A DNA stretch of 36,972 nt, taken from positions 1 to 36,972 of the forward strand of contig DYKC01000001.1 in NCBI GenBank assembly GCA_020722825.1. Direction: 5' to 3'. Made by a program: the position numbers and the translations under genes. Shown in pieces: positions 35,679-36,972 of the stretch (its first letter is position 1; every line of letters starts with the position of its first letter). A model generated the notes under the pieces. It worked only from the letters and a program-made list of their open reading frames with translations, had not been told where the DNA came from and did not search any database. The stretch comes from Vermiphilus sp. Its GTDB lineage: Bacteria; Ratteibacteria; UBA8468; B48-G9; JAFGKM01.

Positions 35679-36770
35679 TTATTTAAATCTAAATCTCATA
35701 TCTTGATAATATTTCTTACCTAAAATAAAATGATGAAATACAATTGACCTCTGAAGTAATTTCTGTTTAATTTTGCTATCCGAAACCGTACGATTAGATT
35801 GTACTCCATTATGTTTTTCCCAAATAGAAACAAAATTGGTTGTCAGCCATAACAAAGATTTTAAAACAGCGTACGCTCCTTTAATGTCTTTCTTAAATAA
35901 ATAGTAACCGATTGCAACAAACTCCAAAAAAATTTTCACGGGGAAAATTGATATTAAATCAATCGTAGAGGTGTTTTTTAAAAGAAGTAGCAGATGATTT
36001 CTGTGGAAATAATAAATTTTTTTATGCGGCTGCCATTTACCTGTGGATGCGCTTCCTGTATGATATATAGTAGTATCTGGCGTAAAGAAAAATTTATACC
36101 CTGACAATCGGGCTCGCCAACACCAGTCAATTTCTTCACCATACATAAAGAAATCTTCGTCAAAAAATCCGACTTTATTAAAAACTCTCTTTTTAATCGC
36201 CATAGATACTCCACATATCCAGAAAACTTCTATTTTATTGTCATATTGCCCACTATCTTTTTCAAGTACGTCAAAGATTCTTCCACGAAAAAAAGTATAT
36301 CCATACTTATCCAGATAGGCGCCGGCAGCACCAGCAACATCAAACCTGTCCTTATCAGAAAGAGAGAGAATTTTCCCTTGGCATCCTGCAATTTCTTCAT
36401 CCTGCGCTAAACACTCAATTAAAGATTCCAACCATCCCGGAGTTACTTCTATATCATTATTTAAAATCACTATAACTGACCCCATAGAGTGTTTTAATCC
36501 CAGATTAATACTGCCTGCATATCCCAGATTCTTAGTTGAATGTATTACCTTAATCTTCCCTTTGAAAGATGCTGGAATATCTTCAATTTCTCCCATCGCT
36601 ATTAAACTTTTATTGCTAACAATAACAATTTCCACTGAAATTTTAGTACAAGAAGTGTTTTTAAATATGGAGGTAAGACATCTTTTTAAATACTTAATAT
36701 CTCCATAATGAACAATTATAATACTTACAGAATCAACATTTTCTATAATGTATTTTTTATTTGTAAACAT
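35679..36770 (-). CDS. Family 2 glycosyltransferase (GT-A fold)
   Basis: SIIIVHYGD at the N-terminus, a DxD-like region NNDIEV, and FDEDFFMYGEEIDWCWRA, which is typical of GT2 rhamnosyl/galactosyl-transferase-like enzymes. Confidence 0.85.
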   Translation of the reverse strand: MFTNKKYIIENVDSVSIIIVHYGDIKYLKRCLTSIFKNTSCTKISVEIVIVSNKSLIAMGEIEDIPASFKGKIKVIHSTKNLGYAGSINLGLKHSMGSVIVILNNDIEVTPGWLESLIECLAQDEEIAGCQGKILSLSDKDRFDVAGAAGAYLDKYGYTFFRGRIFDVLEKDSGQYDNKIEVFWICGVSMAIKKRVFNKVGFFDEDFFMYGEEIDWCWRARLSGYKFFFTPDTTIYHTGSASTGKWQPHKKIYYFHRNHLLLLLKNTSTIDLISIFPVKIFLEFVAIGYYLFKKDIKGAYAVLKSLLWLTTNFVSIWEKHNGVQSNRTVSDSKIKQKLLQRSIVFHHFILGKKYYQDMRFRFK

Positions 36771-36782
36771 AGTTGAAGAGAT

Positions 36783-36972
36783 TCATGATAATTCATTAAA
36801 AAAATTTTTTATTGATAGCAGGGATAAAAACATTTGTAAGGGCGAACGTAATAAAGAAAGTTTACTTTCCCTTGAATTGTACCACAACACAGGGACTTCA
36901 CGTATTCTATGCCTGATCTTGACTGCCCGGTAAAGGATTTCAACGTCAAAGGCAAAGCCTTCGGTTTTCAAC
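36783..36972 (-). CDS. C-terminal fragment of a GT2 polyprenyl-phosphate glycosyltransferase (DPM1/ArnC/GtrB-like); truncated by the window edge
   Basis: FAFDVEILYRAVKIRHRIREVPVLWYNSRESKL is the characteristic C-terminal region of this subfamily. The ORF runs off the window. Confidence 0.7.
   Translation of the reverse strand, partial: LKTEGFAFDVEILYRAVKIRHRIREVPVLWYNSRESKLSLLRSPLQMFLSLLSIKNFFNELS

Overview
This is a compact bacterial chromosomal segment of about 40% GC by eye, using the standard genetic code. I call 29 protein-coding genes, many overlapping by 4-38 nt, with few convincing intrinsic terminators. I saw no rRNA, tRNA, CRISPR array, transposase or integrase. Most genes are housekeeping. 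They include era, murG-murC, topA, a citramalate-synthase-type cimA, valS, rplU-hflX, nrnA-truB and queA-tgt-yajC. There is also a LonC-like protease, an NfeD protease, a LOG-family protein and a HisA-like barrel. Three parts look accessory or poorly characterised. (1) Two translationally coupled envelope genes sit downstream of murG-murC-nnrE: a HEAT-repeat protein with a CBM9-like domain, and a TPR protein with a beta-propeller. (2) A secreted single-HKD PLD/Nuc-like protein lies next to a 638-aa polytopic membrane protein of unknown function. (3) A polyprenyl-phosphate-type glycosylation cluster at the 3' end contains GT2, GT2, a methyltransferase and a GT-C/GT39-like enzyme. The most unusual signal is non-coding. 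Five 5' leader regions (oxidoreductase, topA, membrane protein, cimA, yajC) share short modules. These are C-tract/G-tract hairpins, a GGAGTTCGGG-TAAAGGAGG block, and a block that spans the start codon, ATG-(A/T)CT-ACT-CAA-C. Two roughly 90-nt homologous leaders lie in inverted orientation around a convergent gene pair. One intergenic region (6181-6287) holds helically phased TATAT motifs alternating with small GC hairpins. All functional calls come from motif recognition by eye; no searches were run. The lineage cannot be assigned from this window and is probably uncultivated.
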